Source of the DNA: an uncultured delta proteobacterium
GTDB lineage: Bacteria; Desulfobacterota; Desulfarculia; JACQYL01; CAWGVV01
Direction of reading: 5' to 3'
NCBI GenBank assembly: GCA_963826125.1
Contig: CAWGVV010000001.1
Span: forward strand, 1,232,635-1,296,634
Length of the DNA stretch: 64,000 bases
Shown here: piece by piece, positions 47,123-59,744 of the stretch
Numbering within the stretch: position 1 is the stretch's first letter
Layout: every line of letters starts with the position of its first letter
Notes under the pieces: model-generated
Database searches by the model: none
Seen by the model: the letters and a program-made list of their open reading frames with translations, nothing else
What the model was told of the DNA's origin: nothing
Position numbers and translations under genes: made by a program

Positions 47123-48042
47123 AAACGGATAGCATTCTCGAAAAAGTGTTGGAGTCGGGTCAACTCGCGGTGACATCTGAGTGCGGGCCTCCACGGGGAT
47201 GCGACCCGGAGAAGGTGAAGAAAAAGGCCGAGATGCTCCGTGGAGTCGTGGACGCCGTCAACGTCACGGACAACCAGACCGCGGTGGTGCGTATGTCGAG
47301 CGTGTCGGCATGCATCATCCTGCAGCAGATGGGGTTGCACCCGGTGCTGCAGATGGTGACCCGTGACCGGAACAGAATCGCCATGCAGAGCGACATCCTG
47401 GGCGCCTACTCCTTCGGAGTGAATACCATGCTCTGCCTGTCCGGCGACCACCCCACCTTCGGCGACCATCCCAGCGCGGCCAACGTGCACGACCTGGATT
47501 CCATCCAGTTTGTGCAGATGGTGCGCAAGATGAGGGACGAGGGGAAGTTCCAGGGCGGCGACGACATTCTGAATCCCCCGAAGATGTTTATCGGGGCGGC
47601 GGCCAACCCCTTTGCGGACCCGTTCGAACTGCGGGTGGCCCGGCTGGCCAAGAAGATAAAGGCCGGCGCGGACTTCATCCAGACTCAGTGCATTTATAAC
47701 GTTGAAAAGTTCGAAAAATGGATGCAAGGTGTGGAAGATAGGGGTCTTCACGAAAAAGTGCATATTTTCGCCGGTATTACTCCCATGAAATCGGTGGGCA
47801 TGGGGCGGTATATGAAAAACAAGGTACCCGGCATGGACGTCCCCGATGAATTGATCAAACGCATGGCGGGCGTGCCCAAGGAAAAGCAGGCGGCCGAAGG
47901 CATCACCATCGCCGTGGAAACCATCCAGCGCATCAAGGAAATCAAGGGCGTGCACGGGTTCCACATCATGGCGATCGAATGGGAAGAGAAAGTGCCTGAA
48001 ATATTGGAACGTGCGGGCCTGTTGCCCCGGCCGGTTTTCTAG
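47119..48042 (+). CDS. metF: 5,10-methylenetetrahydrofolate reductase
   Basis: NVTDNQ, RDRNRIAMQSD, LSGDH, KKIKAGADFIQTQ; overlaps the metV stop. Confidence 0.93.
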   Translation: MKTDSILEKVLESGQLAVTSECGPPRGCDPEKVKKKAEMLRGVVDAVNVTDNQTAVVRMSSVSACIILQQMGLHPVLQMVTRDRNRIAMQSDILGAYSFGVNTMLCLSGDHPTFGDHPSAANVHDLDSIQFVQMVRKMRDEGKFQGGDDILNPPKMFIGAAANPFADPFELRVARLAKKIKAGADFIQTQCIYNVEKFEKWMQGVEDRGLHEKVHIFAGITPMKSVGMGRYMKNKVPGMDVPDELIKRMAGVPKEKQAAEGITIAVETIQRIKEIKGVHGFHIMAIEWEEKVPEILERAGLLPRPVF

Positions 48043-48249
48043 GCTTCGACATCTCTGCACGAGAGGATGGGACGCTTTCCGAAGAGTGGAGTGAAAGCTG
48101 TCCCGCCCCTTTTGTTCCGGCATACGTTATCACGTATTGACGGGCGAAGGCACGATCGGATACGGTTGATAGGTCGAACCGAGCGAATGTTTCCCGGAAT
48201 TAAGTCTGATTGTTTCCCAACGGGTTCATGAGGGAAAGGAGACCAACCA

Positions 48250-48636
48250 ATGGCCGATAAGAAGCTTGTTCTGGTGGTGGACGACGATCCGGATGTTGTG
48301 GAAGCGGTGAGCATGAAGCTGGAAAGCCGGAACTTCAGGGTTGCCAAGGCGTACGACGGGGTCGAAGCCTGGGACCGAATCCGCCAGGAGAAACCCGACC
48401 TGATCGTCCTCGACGTCATGATGCCGCGCAAGAACGGTTATCAGGTGTGTGATGAAGTGAAGAAGGACTCCGCTTACCAGGACGTGCAGGTGATTCTTCT
48501 CACTGCGGTGGGGTCCGCCGTTGGAACCACGAGCTACACCCACGAAGGCGGCATGACCACCGAAGCCGACGAATACATCGCCAAACCGGTTGATCTCGAC
48601 AAACTCGTCAATGCGGTGTCGGACCTTCTGGGGTAA
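48250..48636 (+). CDS. Single-domain response regulator
   Basis: LVVDDDPD, PDLIVLDVMMP, EYIAKP. Confidence 0.9.
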   Translation: MADKKLVLVVDDDPDVVEAVSMKLESRNFRVAKAYDGVEAWDRIRQEKPDLIVLDVMMPRKNGYQVCDEVKKDSAYQDVQVILLTAVGSAVGTTSYTHEGGMTTEADEYIAKPVDLDKLVNAVSDLLG

Positions 48637-48740
48637 TAACGACAAACATTCCGCGAGAGGAAACGGGCCGCTTCCCGGTGGCCCGTTCCTCCCGTTGAAG
48701 TGAACCTGTTGCCCTAACGAAGCGCGTCCGGACTTCCAAC

Positions 48741-49265
48741 ATGGAGAAATTGTCCATCGGCGGCATCAAGGTAAGTAACGAAGTCGTCCAGATAAACCTC
48801 CTCCTCCCCGACACGGACCGATCGCCTCTTTCCACCATCTGTCGTGTATTGTCCCGGCATACCGTGAACGTGCCGTTTCTCACGTGGCGCCGCAGCCGCG
48901 AACGGGGATTCGCCGTTTCCCTCTGCGTCTCGACCGAAGACGGCCCCGCGGCCATCGCGGCCCTCTCCTCCCTTGATGTTTTCCGGGACTGCCTGTCCGT
49001 GATCGATTCGGCGGCTATCATAACGGTCTTCCCCCGCCGGGAGGGGTTCGAGCTGCTGGGCATCGTTCTGAAAGCGTGGGCGGATGCCGGAATACCGCTT
49101 CACGGCCTCGCCACGTCGCTGTCGGCCGTGAGCTGCACCACCGATTTTGCCTGTGTGGAAAAAGCCGTGGCGGCGCTGGCCGACGCTCTCGACCTGCCGT
49201 GCGACCACGCCCCTTTCTCCTCCCCCCTGAAGGTAACGCAGAGCCCCCTTGTGAAAGGCACGTGA
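48741..49265 (+). CDS. Tandem ACT-like protein (aspartokinase regulatory-domain-like)
   Basis: IGGIKVS start; ITVFP..LKAWADAGIP..LATSLSAVS pattern like the aspartokinase beta subunit. Confidence 0.6.
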   Translation: MEKLSIGGIKVSNEVVQINLLLPDTDRSPLSTICRVLSRHTVNVPFLTWRRSRERGFAVSLCVSTEDGPAAIAALSSLDVFRDCLSVIDSAAIITVFPRREGFELLGIVLKAWADAGIPLHGLATSLSAVSCTTDFACVEKAVAALADALDLPCDHAPFSSPLKVTQSPLVKGT

Positions 49266-49284
49266 CGAGGTGGAGGGAACGGGT

Positions 49285-49806
49285 ATGTCCATGGAGGTCA
49301 TCGCCGTCTACCGTGAATCGGTCATCAAGACGTACGGGTTTCATATCGTTCCCGACCTCGGCCTGGTCATTCTCTCCTTTCCGCGCAACCGGCTGACCGA
49401 TCGGGGAGAACTCCTCCAAGGCATGGGCTGCAAGGAGGGACTGCATTTCGCCACCCTGCAGATCGAGGAAAACGATACCTTCGTGCTTTCCGTGTGCGCC
49501 CACCTGGAAACGGTGGAACGCCTTGCGGCTCTTGCCGCACGGGACGGCGGGGAACAGTCGATCGACGTGCAGCCGCGGGTGGACCTGCTTTTCTTTCACG
49601 GACCTCATTTTGGAGATCGATACGGCATCGCCGATGCCGCATTCGGCATTCTGGACCGGGAGAATGTCCCGTTGCTGGCGGCGGGATGTTCCGTTTCTTC
49701 CCTCTACATGGTTTTCCCGCACGGACAGGCGCAACGTGCGGCCTCGCTTCTGATGGAGCCATTCTGTGCGCCCGGATCGGATCAAACGGGAACGACCGGC
49801 GGATAG
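49285..49806 (+). CDS. ACT-like hypothetical protein
   Basis: FHGPHFGDRYGIADAAFGIL..VPLLAAGCSVSSLYMV resembles an aspartokinase ACT domain. Confidence 0.6.
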   Translation: MSMEVIAVYRESVIKTYGFHIVPDLGLVILSFPRNRLTDRGELLQGMGCKEGLHFATLQIEENDTFVLSVCAHLETVERLAALAARDGGEQSIDVQPRVDLLFFHGPHFGDRYGIADAAFGILDRENVPLLAAGCSVSSLYMVFPHGQAQRAASLLMEPFCAPGSDQTGTTGG

Positions 49807-49819
49807 ACGGAGGAAGAAT

Positions 49820-51337
49820 ATGGCCACAGCGGAAACTGACGCCACGAGCAGCAACACCGATTGGAAAGACAAGGTATTCGACTCGCTTTCCTTCCCCACC
49901 CTTATCCTGCGACCGGACATGAGCATTGTGGCGGCCAACGAGGTGTTCCTGAAAAAATACGACGTCCGCCGGGAAGAGGTGATCGGTAAGAAGTGCCACG
50001 AAATTTTTTACCGGACCTCCCGATCCTGCTCGCCCACCGTCTGCCCCCTGTCCCGTGTGCGATCGACGCGCAAGGGCCACTCCATTCTGAAAAGGCTCGT
50101 GGGGCCGGACAATCAGGAACGGTGGGAGGACAGAGTTTTTTCGCCCATCCTCGACGATGATGGCAATCTGGCGTATATTCTTGAGAGCGTACGGGACATT
50201 ACCCGGCTCAAAACCATGGAAAAGGAGATCGAGGTCACCCGCGGGTTCCTGGAGAAAGTCATTCAGAGTTCCGCCAGTGCCATCATCGCCGCCGACGTCA
50301 AAGGGAAGGTCCTCCTCATGAACCCCGCCGCAGAGGAGCTATTCGGATATTCGGCGGACGAAGCCGTGGGGCGAAACATTGTCGAGTATTTCTACTCGCC
50401 CGGAACGGCCAGAGACATCATGCGAAAAATGAGAAGCGAAGACGGCGGCAAGGGAAAACTTCCCATTACCAAGATGGTGATCATCAACGGGCGCGGAGAA
50501 CACATCCCCGTGGAAATGACCGGTTCCATCATTTACGACGGAGACCGGGAAGTGGCCACCATGGGCATCTACAACGATCTCCGCGAAAAAAATGCGGTGG
50601 AACTCAAGCTGGAAGAAGCCCGCGCCCGCCTCGTGCAATCGGAGAAAATGGCTTCCCTCGGACAGCTCGCCGCCGGGGTGGCCCACGAAATCAACAACCC
50701 CCTGGCGGGCATCGTGCTGTACGCCAACCTCGCCATGGAACAGATGGGCAAGGAGAAGCCACTCTACGAGTACCTGCAATACGTAATCGAGGATGCCAAC
50801 CGCTGCCGTGACATCGTGAAAAACCTCCTGGCATACAGCCGCCAGACCAATCCCGACAAAACCATCATTCACCTCAACGCGCTGCTGGAACAATCCCTGG
50901 CGCTCATTCGCGACCAAGCGCTGCTGCAGAACATCAGGGTCGAAAAATTTCTGGCGGAAGGCATGATGCTGGTAAAGGTGGACACCAACCAGATGGGCCA
51001 AGTGATCATCAATCTGGTGATGAACGCCGTGGACGCAATGAACGGCAGGGGCGTCCTCACCTTCCGGACGTACAGGAACAAGCTCGACCTGCAGGTGTAT
51101 CTCGAAGTAGAAGATACCGGCGGCGGGATACCCCAGGAAAACCTGGTCAAAATTTTCGATCCGTTCTTCACCACCAAGGAGCCCGGCAAAGGCACGGGCC
51201 TGGGCCTCAGCACCTCCTACGGTATCGTGGAGGAAAACGGCGGCCGCATCACGGTGAAGAGCACCGGGCCCGAAGGAACCACTTTTCTCATTACCCTCCC
51301 GCTCTACCAGGTATCCAGCGAACTACCGATCGGGTAG
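49820..51337 (+). CDS. PAS-PAS sensor histidine kinase (NtrB-like)
   Basis: [44 protein letters not shown]. Confidence 0.92.
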   Translation: MATAETDATSSNTDWKDKVFDSLSFPTLILRPDMSIVAANEVFLKKYDVRREEVIGKKCHEIFYRTSRSCSPTVCPLSRVRSTRKGHSILKRLVGPDNQERWEDRVFSPILDDDGNLAYILESVRDITRLKTMEKEIEVTRGFLEKVIQSSASAIIAADVKGKVLLMNPAAEELFGYSADEAVGRNIVEYFYSPGTARDIMRKMRSEDGGKGKLPITKMVIINGRGEHIPVEMTGSIIYDGDREVATMGIYNDLREKNAVELKLEEARARLVQSEKMASLGQLAAGVAHEINNPLAGIVLYANLAMEQMGKEKPLYEYLQYVIEDANRCRDIVKNLLAYSRQTNPDKTIIHLNALLEQSLALIRDQALLQNIRVEKFLAEGMMLVKVDTNQMGQVIINLVMNAVDAMNGRGVLTFRTYRNKLDLQVYLEVEDTGGGIPQENLVKIFDPFFTTKEPGKGTGLGLSTSYGIVEENGGRITVKSTGPEGTTFLITLPLYQVSSELPIG

Positions 51338-51364
51338 GGGGTATTACGGCTTAAGGATTCGACA

Positions 51365-52837
51365 ATGGTTGAAAGAACGTCTGGTTCTACCCTGTTCACG
51401 CCCAGAATTCTCGTTGTGGATGACGAAAAACGCATCCGGGACGGCTGTACCGCCGTACTGGCCGCCGAGGGATACGAAGTAAACGTGGCGGAAAACGGTT
51501 CCCAGGGGCTGGAGATGCTCCTGCGCGAACATTACGACGTGGTGCTCCTGGACCTCATGATGCCCGGCATATCCGGCATGGAGGTGCTGGCCCGGGTCAA
51601 GACGTCGCATCCCGACACCGCCGTCATCGTCATCACCGGTTATGCCACCGTGGAGCATTCCATCGAAGCCATGAAGAAGGGAGCGCTCGACTTCATACCC
51701 AAACCCTTCACCCCGGACCAGCTCAGGGTGGTGGTGGCCAAGGCCATCGAGTACACCCGCACCCTCCAGGACATCGCCACGGAAAAATCCCGATTGCGGG
51801 TGCTGGTGAACCATCTCGCCGACGGAGTCTTGGCGACGGACGCCGAAAAGAACGTCATTCTGGCCAACCCGGCGTTCGTGAAAATGGTGGGCCAGGAGAA
51901 GGAACGCATCATCGGGCATCCGGTGGGAGAGCTGACGGACAACGGAACCGTAATAGCCATGCTGGACGAAGTGCTCCGAATGGACCAAAACGAATTCGTG
52001 ATGCTGAACAGGGAAATCGCTTCCGATGTCGGTGGACCGGAGGAACGGTACCTGAGCGCCCAGTGCCTTCCTTTCCGGGACCGGCAGCAACGGACGCTGG
52101 GCACGGTGACCCTCCTGCACGACATCACGACGCTCAAGCACATGGACCGGCTCAAAAGCGATTTCGTTTCCATGGTGTCGCACGAAATCCGCAGCCCCCT
52201 CAACTCGGTCCTTATGCAATTCAAGGTCGTCCTGGACGGGCTGGCAGGAGAACTGACGGAGAAGCAGAAGGAAATCCTGTCGAGGGTGTCGGATCGCCTT
52301 CAGGGGTTGGTAAACCTGTCCACCGAACTGCTGGACCTGGCCAGGATCGAATCCGGACTCATCACTTCGGAAAAGGAACTCGTCGACCTCGCGGCCATCG
52401 TCCGCGATCAGGCGGACCTGCACCGCGCCGCCGCCGAACAGAAGAACATCACCATCCATGTGCAGGATTTCGGCCCCCTCCCCCCCGTGTTGGCGAATCG
52501 ACAGAACATGGAGGAGGTCTTTTCCAACCTCATCAGCAACGCGGTGAAGTACTCTCCCGAAGGAGCGGGCGTGACCCTGTCGGCCGAACGCAACGAGGAT
52601 TATCTGTGCATCCGCGTCCGGGACACGGGGTTCGGCATCCCCCGGGAAGAACTCCCGCGCGTCTTCGAACGATTCTACCGGGTAAAGAACGAAAAAACGC
52701 GGCACATCGTGGGAACGGGGCTGGGGCTTTCCATCGTCAAGTCCATCCTGGACGCACACAACGGCAGGATAAAGGCGGAAAGCGAAGAAGGCGGCGGGAC
52801 GATTTTTTCGGTGTATCTCCCCGTTGCCGCCCATTGA
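51365..52837 (+). CDS. Receiver-PAS-histidine kinase hybrid
   Basis: LVVDDEK receiver; VSHEIRSPL, NLISNAVKYS, GTGLGLSIVK. Confidence 0.92.
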   Translation: MVERTSGSTLFTPRILVVDDEKRIRDGCTAVLAAEGYEVNVAENGSQGLEMLLREHYDVVLLDLMMPGISGMEVLARVKTSHPDTAVIVITGYATVEHSIEAMKKGALDFIPKPFTPDQLRVVVAKAIEYTRTLQDIATEKSRLRVLVNHLADGVLATDAEKNVILANPAFVKMVGQEKERIIGHPVGELTDNGTVIAMLDEVLRMDQNEFVMLNREIASDVGGPEERYLSAQCLPFRDRQQRTLGTVTLLHDITTLKHMDRLKSDFVSMVSHEIRSPLNSVLMQFKVVLDGLAGELTEKQKEILSRVSDRLQGLVNLSTELLDLARIESGLITSEKELVDLAAIVRDQADLHRAAAEQKNITIHVQDFGPLPPVLANRQNMEEVFSNLISNAVKYSPEGAGVTLSAERNEDYLCIRVRDTGFGIPREELPRVFERFYRVKNEKTRHIVGTGLGLSIVKSILDAHNGRIKAESEEGGGTIFSVYLPVAAH

Positions 52838-54970
<2,133 letters not shown>

Positions 54971-55109
54971 CTACCCGAAAGGATTGGCACGAGGAAACGT
55001 CGACACCAGCTCTTCTGCATACAATTCGGAATGTATGAACTTCTGCACTTGGAGAGAATGCCCCCGGCAAATCCCAGGGCATGCCAACTGATTTGCCAGG
55101 GAGAAACCT

Positions 55110-55526
55110 CTACACCGTCAATGCTTTCCCGGCCACGTCTTCGTTGGGCGTTCCCATGGAGGAATGGACCTGCACGATTTTCCACCCCTCCGGTTCTTTT
55201 CGGAACACCACGGTAATCCGGAAGGTGACTTCCGTTCCGTCGGGCAGGGTGCACAGGGGTCGATCGGACACCCAACCGACGTCGCCTTGGCTCCAGGCGG
55301 AGAGCGTGGTCGGCTTGAGGGTCGACGCACCGCCCAATTCCTCGAACTGCGCCTTCCACACACTCAAAACCTTGTCGCGGTCCTCCCACCATTCCTGAGG
55401 ATCGCTGCCGATCCACAGGATTCCCGGTTGGCGAGAAAGGATGTGGTCCACGACGCTCAGGTCGCCCTTTGAGACGGCTTCATAATAATGCAGCATGACC
55501 TGTCTCAGTTCCGGTGATTGCTCCAT
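55110..55526 (-). CDS. SnoaL/NTF2-like protein
   Basis: IGSDPQEWW, RITVVF...WKIVQVHSS. Confidence 0.8.
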   Translation of the reverse strand: MEQSPELRQVMLHYYEAVSKGDLSVVDHILSRQPGILWIGSDPQEWWEDRDKVLSVWKAQFEELGGASTLKPTTLSAWSQGDVGWVSDRPLCTLPDGTEVTFRITVVFRKEPEGWKIVQVHSSMGTPNEDVAGKALTV

Positions 55527-55535
55527 CTCTTCTCC

Positions 55536-57086
55536 TTACCCCCATGATTCCTGTTTTCGGTCCGTGATATCCACCAGCGTGGCGAGCAAACACGGTTCGT
55601 TGCGTACGTTTATCCGTGAAAGGGAAAAAAGCACGCGTCGCACATCACCCTTCCCATTTCGGAAGCTGAGTTCCTGGTTGTGCAGAGTCCCCTGTTTTCT
55701 CACCTCCGCAAGAAAGCGCTCCCTTTGTTCCGGTGAGAGAATCCCCAACTCCACTGTCGTTCTGCCCAGGAGTTCCTCCCGGTCGTATCCGACGATGGCG
55801 CTGTAACCGGCGTTGGCTCTCAGAATCACACCGTCCGCTTCACGGCTGATCGTCATGCCGACACAAACGGCGTCGAAAGCCTTTTTCCATATCTCCCTCG
55901 CCTCGCGTAACTCGTTTTCGATTTTCTTTTGCTTGGTCACGTCGTTTGTTACCGCCAGAGTTTGAATAACGTTCTCCGCCTCGTCTTTCTCCAACGTGGC
56001 GGAAAGCAGAACGTCGACAACCTCCCCCTCCTTCGTCACCATCTGGTAGGGGATGTCCCGTGAACACCCGCGGAGGAACAATTCCGGCAGGACCTCTCGG
56101 AGGGCGACTTCCCGTGAGGCTGGGGTAAGAAAGTCGACCGATTTCCTTCCGATCACTTCTTTTCTTTTGTACCCGAGCCTTTCTAGCCAGAAGTTGCTCA
56201 CGTTCAACAGCCGACCCTCGGCATCGATGGAATGGAGCATGGCGGGCGTTCGGTTGTACAGGGTCCGGTACCGTTCCTCGCTTTTTCTGAGGGCTCTTTC
56301 CGCATGCACTCTTTTGGTTACATCGGTTCCGATGGAGAGCAATCCGGTCACTTCTCCCGCCTCAGTGCACAGAGGCTTGTTTCTCCAATTGACCCAGACC
56401 CTCTCTCCGTTCTTCCGCATGTTTTCGTTTTCGAACTCCTCGAAGTACTGAGGGTTCCTTACCACTTCCTGCACGATCCGGGAGATGTCCCGCCCGCTGG
56501 ATTCCCGTAGAGGTACAACGCTGCCGATAACGCTCCTCCCCAGTATTTCCTTTTCGCTGAACCCGAAGAACTTCTGGGCGAATTCATTGAAGAACACGAT
56601 CGTACCGTCTCTTGCCACTTTCATGATGATCGTGTTCGCGTTTTCCACCAATTCCCGATACCTGCGTTCGCTTTCCCGCAGTGCTTCTTCCGTCTTCTTC
56701 CTCTCCGCCTGAATCTTGGCGGTGTAGAGCGCCATCTCCATCGTTACCTGAAGGTTCCGCTCGTTGTAGGGTTTTATCAGATACCCGAACGGAAGAACGA
56801 ACTTCACCTTGTTCAAACGTTCCCTGTCGGCGTATGCCGTGGTGAAGATAATGGGAATGTCGTAGTCCGACCGCATTTTCTCCGCGCACTCGATGCCGTC
56901 CATGGAGCCCTTCAGAACAATATCCATCAGAACGATATCGGGGGATTCCTCCTTTACCAGAGAAAGGGCTGCCTCGCCCGAAGCGACCAGGGAAGGGACT
57001 TCATAGCCGAAGGACTCGAGCTGCATCTTCAGGTCCATTCCGATAATGACTTCGTCCTCCACGATCATGACCCGGGCCTTCGGCAT
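55536..57086 (-). CDS. Receiver + three PAS domains, no output domain
   Basis: IVEDE..DIVLMDI..GYLIKP receiver; three PAS/PAC repeats ending DVTKR, DVTKQ, DITDRK; stop follows immediately. Confidence 0.85.
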   Translation of the reverse strand: MPKARVMIVEDEVIIGMDLKMQLESFGYEVPSLVASGEAALSLVKEESPDIVLMDIVLKGSMDGIECAEKMRSDYDIPIIFTTAYADRERLNKVKFVLPFGYLIKPYNERNLQVTMEMALYTAKIQAERKKTEEALRESERRYRELVENANTIIMKVARDGTIVFFNEFAQKFFGFSEKEILGRSVIGSVVPLRESSGRDISRIVQEVVRNPQYFEEFENENMRKNGERVWVNWRNKPLCTEAGEVTGLLSIGTDVTKRVHAERALRKSEERYRTLYNRTPAMLHSIDAEGRLLNVSNFWLERLGYKRKEVIGRKSVDFLTPASREVALREVLPELFLRGCSRDIPYQMVTKEGEVVDVLLSATLEKDEAENVIQTLAVTNDVTKQKKIENELREAREIWKKAFDAVCVGMTISREADGVILRANAGYSAIVGYDREELLGRTTVELGILSPEQRERFLAEVRKQGTLHNQELSFRNGKGDVRRVLFSLSRINVRNEPCLLATLVDITDRKQESWG

Positions 57087-57345
57087 GGGGCATCCCTTCT
57101 TTTTTCCGCTATGGTGCGGTGGGAATGAAAAACGGCGAATTACCTTTTTATCCTATCTGCCCCGTCAAGTCCAAAGAAGCCGAAGTGTTGGCGGGACGGT
57201 CGGGGAATCATCGAGGCAAGATGGGACGCATGCCGACAATTGTGCATACCGCCTGTTCTCATCGGCGCCCGAAGAAGCTACAATATGACATCGGAAGGAA
57301 GCGCTCATTCCCTTACCCTGAAAATGAAAATCCCGGAGGATCGTA

Positions 57346-58974
57346 ATGACAAGAAAGGCCGTTTTATCGACGGTGCTCGTCCTGGCCGTTTTCTTCTTTG
57401 CTTCATCCGTCCCGGCACAGGACCGCGCACCGGAATCGGCGGCTCCCGCGCCGAAGAAAGCACAGCTCAAACAGCTGAAAGAACCCAAAGCCCAGGGGTC
57501 GAAAGAAACCGTGCCCCAGCCGCCGAAGGACGAGACGGTAAAAACCGAGCATGAACTCACGGTGGGAGGGGAGCACATCCGCTATACGGCCACGGCGGGA
57601 CGTATTACCGTGGAGGATGCAAACGGCAAAAAAGCCGCGATCTTCTTTACCGCGTACGAACTCCGGAACACCGATTCCACGCCCCGTCCGGTAACCTTTG
57701 CCCTGAACGGCGGTCCGGGAGCCGCATCGGTGTGGCTCCACCTGGGAGCCCTGGGCCCGAGAAGGGTGGTTCTGAACAGCGACGGGACTCCTCCCCCCTC
57801 CCCTGCCCGATTGATCGATAACGATTGCAGCTGGCTGCCGTTCACGGACCTCGTTTTCATCGATCCCGTGGGCACGGGGTATAGCCGGTCGGTGCCCGAG
57901 GATGAAAAGGAGCGAAAACAGTTCTACGCAGTCAGGGAAGACATTGCTTCCCTCGGCGAATTTATACGGCTCTACCTTACAGGAAACCGGAGATGGCTCT
58001 CCCCCAAGTTTTTAATCGGAGAAAGTTACGGCGGCACCCGCGCCGCAGGTCTGTCGTGGTATCTCTACCGCACCTTCGGCATTTCCCTGAACGGGATGAT
58101 TCTCGTGTCCCCGGCATTGGATTTTGCCACCATCCTGCCCGGCTCGTCCAACGATCTGCCCTATGTTCTCAGCTTCCCCTCCTATGCCGCATCCGCCTGG
58201 TTTCATCACCGGCTGAGTCCTCAGTGGCAGGGAAAGGAACTCAAGGAGGTACTTGCCGAAGCCGAAAGGTTCGCTCTGAACGATTATGTCACCGGCCTGG
58301 CGGCGGGAGACCGTCTCCCGGACGAAGCGAAGAAAACGCTGGATGAGCGAATCGCCGCTTACTGCGGCCTTACGGAAGACTTTGTCGATCGAGCCGACGA
58401 GCGGATATCCGTTTTTCAGTTCTCGAAAATGCTTCTGTACGGTCAAAAGAAGATCACCGGCATCATGGACACCACGATCGCCGCGCCCGATCCCCGGCCG
58501 GACTCCGCCACGGCTTCCTACGATCCGTCCTTCGAGTGGCTGTATCCGGTTTTTTCCGAGGCGGTAAACGGTTACCTGCGGCAGGAGCTGAAATTCGAAA
58601 GCGACCTGCCCTATGAATTTCTCAACATGAAGGTGAGCCGTGAATGGGACTGGAGTTCGTCGCTCGATCAGGGCCAGGGATACGTCGATCTCTCGGAATC
58701 GCTCCGTAATGCCATGATGAGAAGCAGGGACATGAAGGTACTCATCGCGGGCGGCTATTATGATCTGTCCGTCCCCTATTTCACCGTTCCATACACCATC
58801 GCCCACCTGAACCTGGACGAGGGATTGAAGAACAACGTCACGCTCGTCCACTACCGTGCCGGCCACATGATCTACACCCACGCGGACGCGCGGGAACAGT
58901 TTACGAAGGATGCACAACGCTTCTACCGTTCTGCGGTGAGAAACGACCATGCGTCCGAAACGGCCGGGAAATAG
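57346..58974 (+). CDS. Secreted serine carboxypeptidase (S10 family)
   Basis: Signal peptide; NGGPG, DPVGTGYS, GESYGG, GYYDL, AGHMIY. Confidence 0.92.
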   Translation: MTRKAVLSTVLVLAVFFFASSVPAQDRAPESAAPAPKKAQLKQLKEPKAQGSKETVPQPPKDETVKTEHELTVGGEHIRYTATAGRITVEDANGKKAAIFFTAYELRNTDSTPRPVTFALNGGPGAASVWLHLGALGPRRVVLNSDGTPPPSPARLIDNDCSWLPFTDLVFIDPVGTGYSRSVPEDEKERKQFYAVREDIASLGEFIRLYLTGNRRWLSPKFLIGESYGGTRAAGLSWYLYRTFGISLNGMILVSPALDFATILPGSSNDLPYVLSFPSYAASAWFHHRLSPQWQGKELKEVLAEAERFALNDYVTGLAAGDRLPDEAKKTLDERIAAYCGLTEDFVDRADERISVFQFSKMLLYGQKKITGIMDTTIAAPDPRPDSATASYDPSFEWLYPVFSEAVNGYLRQELKFESDLPYEFLNMKVSREWDWSSSLDQGQGYVDLSESLRNAMMRSRDMKVLIAGGYYDLSVPYFTVPYTIAHLNLDEGLKNNVTLVHYRAGHMIYTHADAREQFTKDAQRFYRSAVRNDHASETAGK

Positions 58975-58981
58975 GCTGGAA

Positions 58982-59010
58982 GGGACGCCCGGAACCGTTC
59001 CGGGCGTCCC
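58982..59010. terminator. Perfect GC-rich hairpin between convergent genes
   Basis: gggacgcccggaac-c-gttccgggcgtccc; no U-tract. Confidence 0.5.
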
Positions 59011-59050
59011 CGTTGAAAGACACCGGTGTCGATCGTTCCCGCCGCCCGAA

Positions 59051-59386
59051 TCACCAGGAGCGTTCGACCTTGCAGTTCTTCATGATGGCCTTGCCATCCT
59101 TCTCAAGGAACGATCCCTCTTTTCCCGTGAGGTGGAACGTCAGTTCACCGTTACCGTACGACCGGTCGGCGGAAGACTTGATACGCTGCAAGGTCACGGT
59201 CTTGCTCCCATAGTTGACCACGGCGACTTCTCCTCCCTGCACGATCTCAACGTCGAACCCGTACCCGCCCTCACACAGGTAAAACACCCTGGATTCATCG
59301 GAAAGCCTGTTCGAAGCGCAGGAGGCAAGCGCGATCGCTCCGAGCAGCACCATTACCACCACCACCGACAATTTCCACTTTCTCAT
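59051..59386 (-). CDS. MliC-family lipoprotein (lysozyme inhibitor-like)
   Basis: Lipobox LASC; Y.C..G, SSADRSY (cf. SASGARY), KGKEG-like segment, terminal Cys. Confidence 0.7.
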   Translation of the reverse strand: MRKWKLSVVVVMVLLGAIALASCASNRLSDESRVFYLCEGGYGFDVEIVQGGEVAVVNYGSKTVTLQRIKSSADRSYGNGELTFHLTGKEGSFLEKDGKAIMKNCKVERSW

Positions 59387-59744
59387 TCCGAATCTCCTTT
59401 GGCTCGCCGTAATTCCCGTCCGGAGCCGACACCGCATTCCGGCCGCGTCCCCTCGTCCTTTCAGGGACCGCAACCCCTCGAAGCGGGCGTCTCGACCGGC
59501 CGTGAAACGGCGATCTTGCGTGCCAGCATGCGTGTCTCCGTCCGGTATGTCAATACACCGCCTCTACGGCGGGACGGGTTATCGGCGTCGACACGGTTTC
59601 TTTTTCGCGGACGTATGTCCTTGCGCAAACCTTGCAGCTTTTCTACTATGTGCCCATACGTGCAGGCTCTTTCTTTCATTTCTCCCAACGAGGACGGCGG
59701 GACCGGCACTCGGCTCCCGGCTTTCCGAGCTATGAGGGCGCGCA

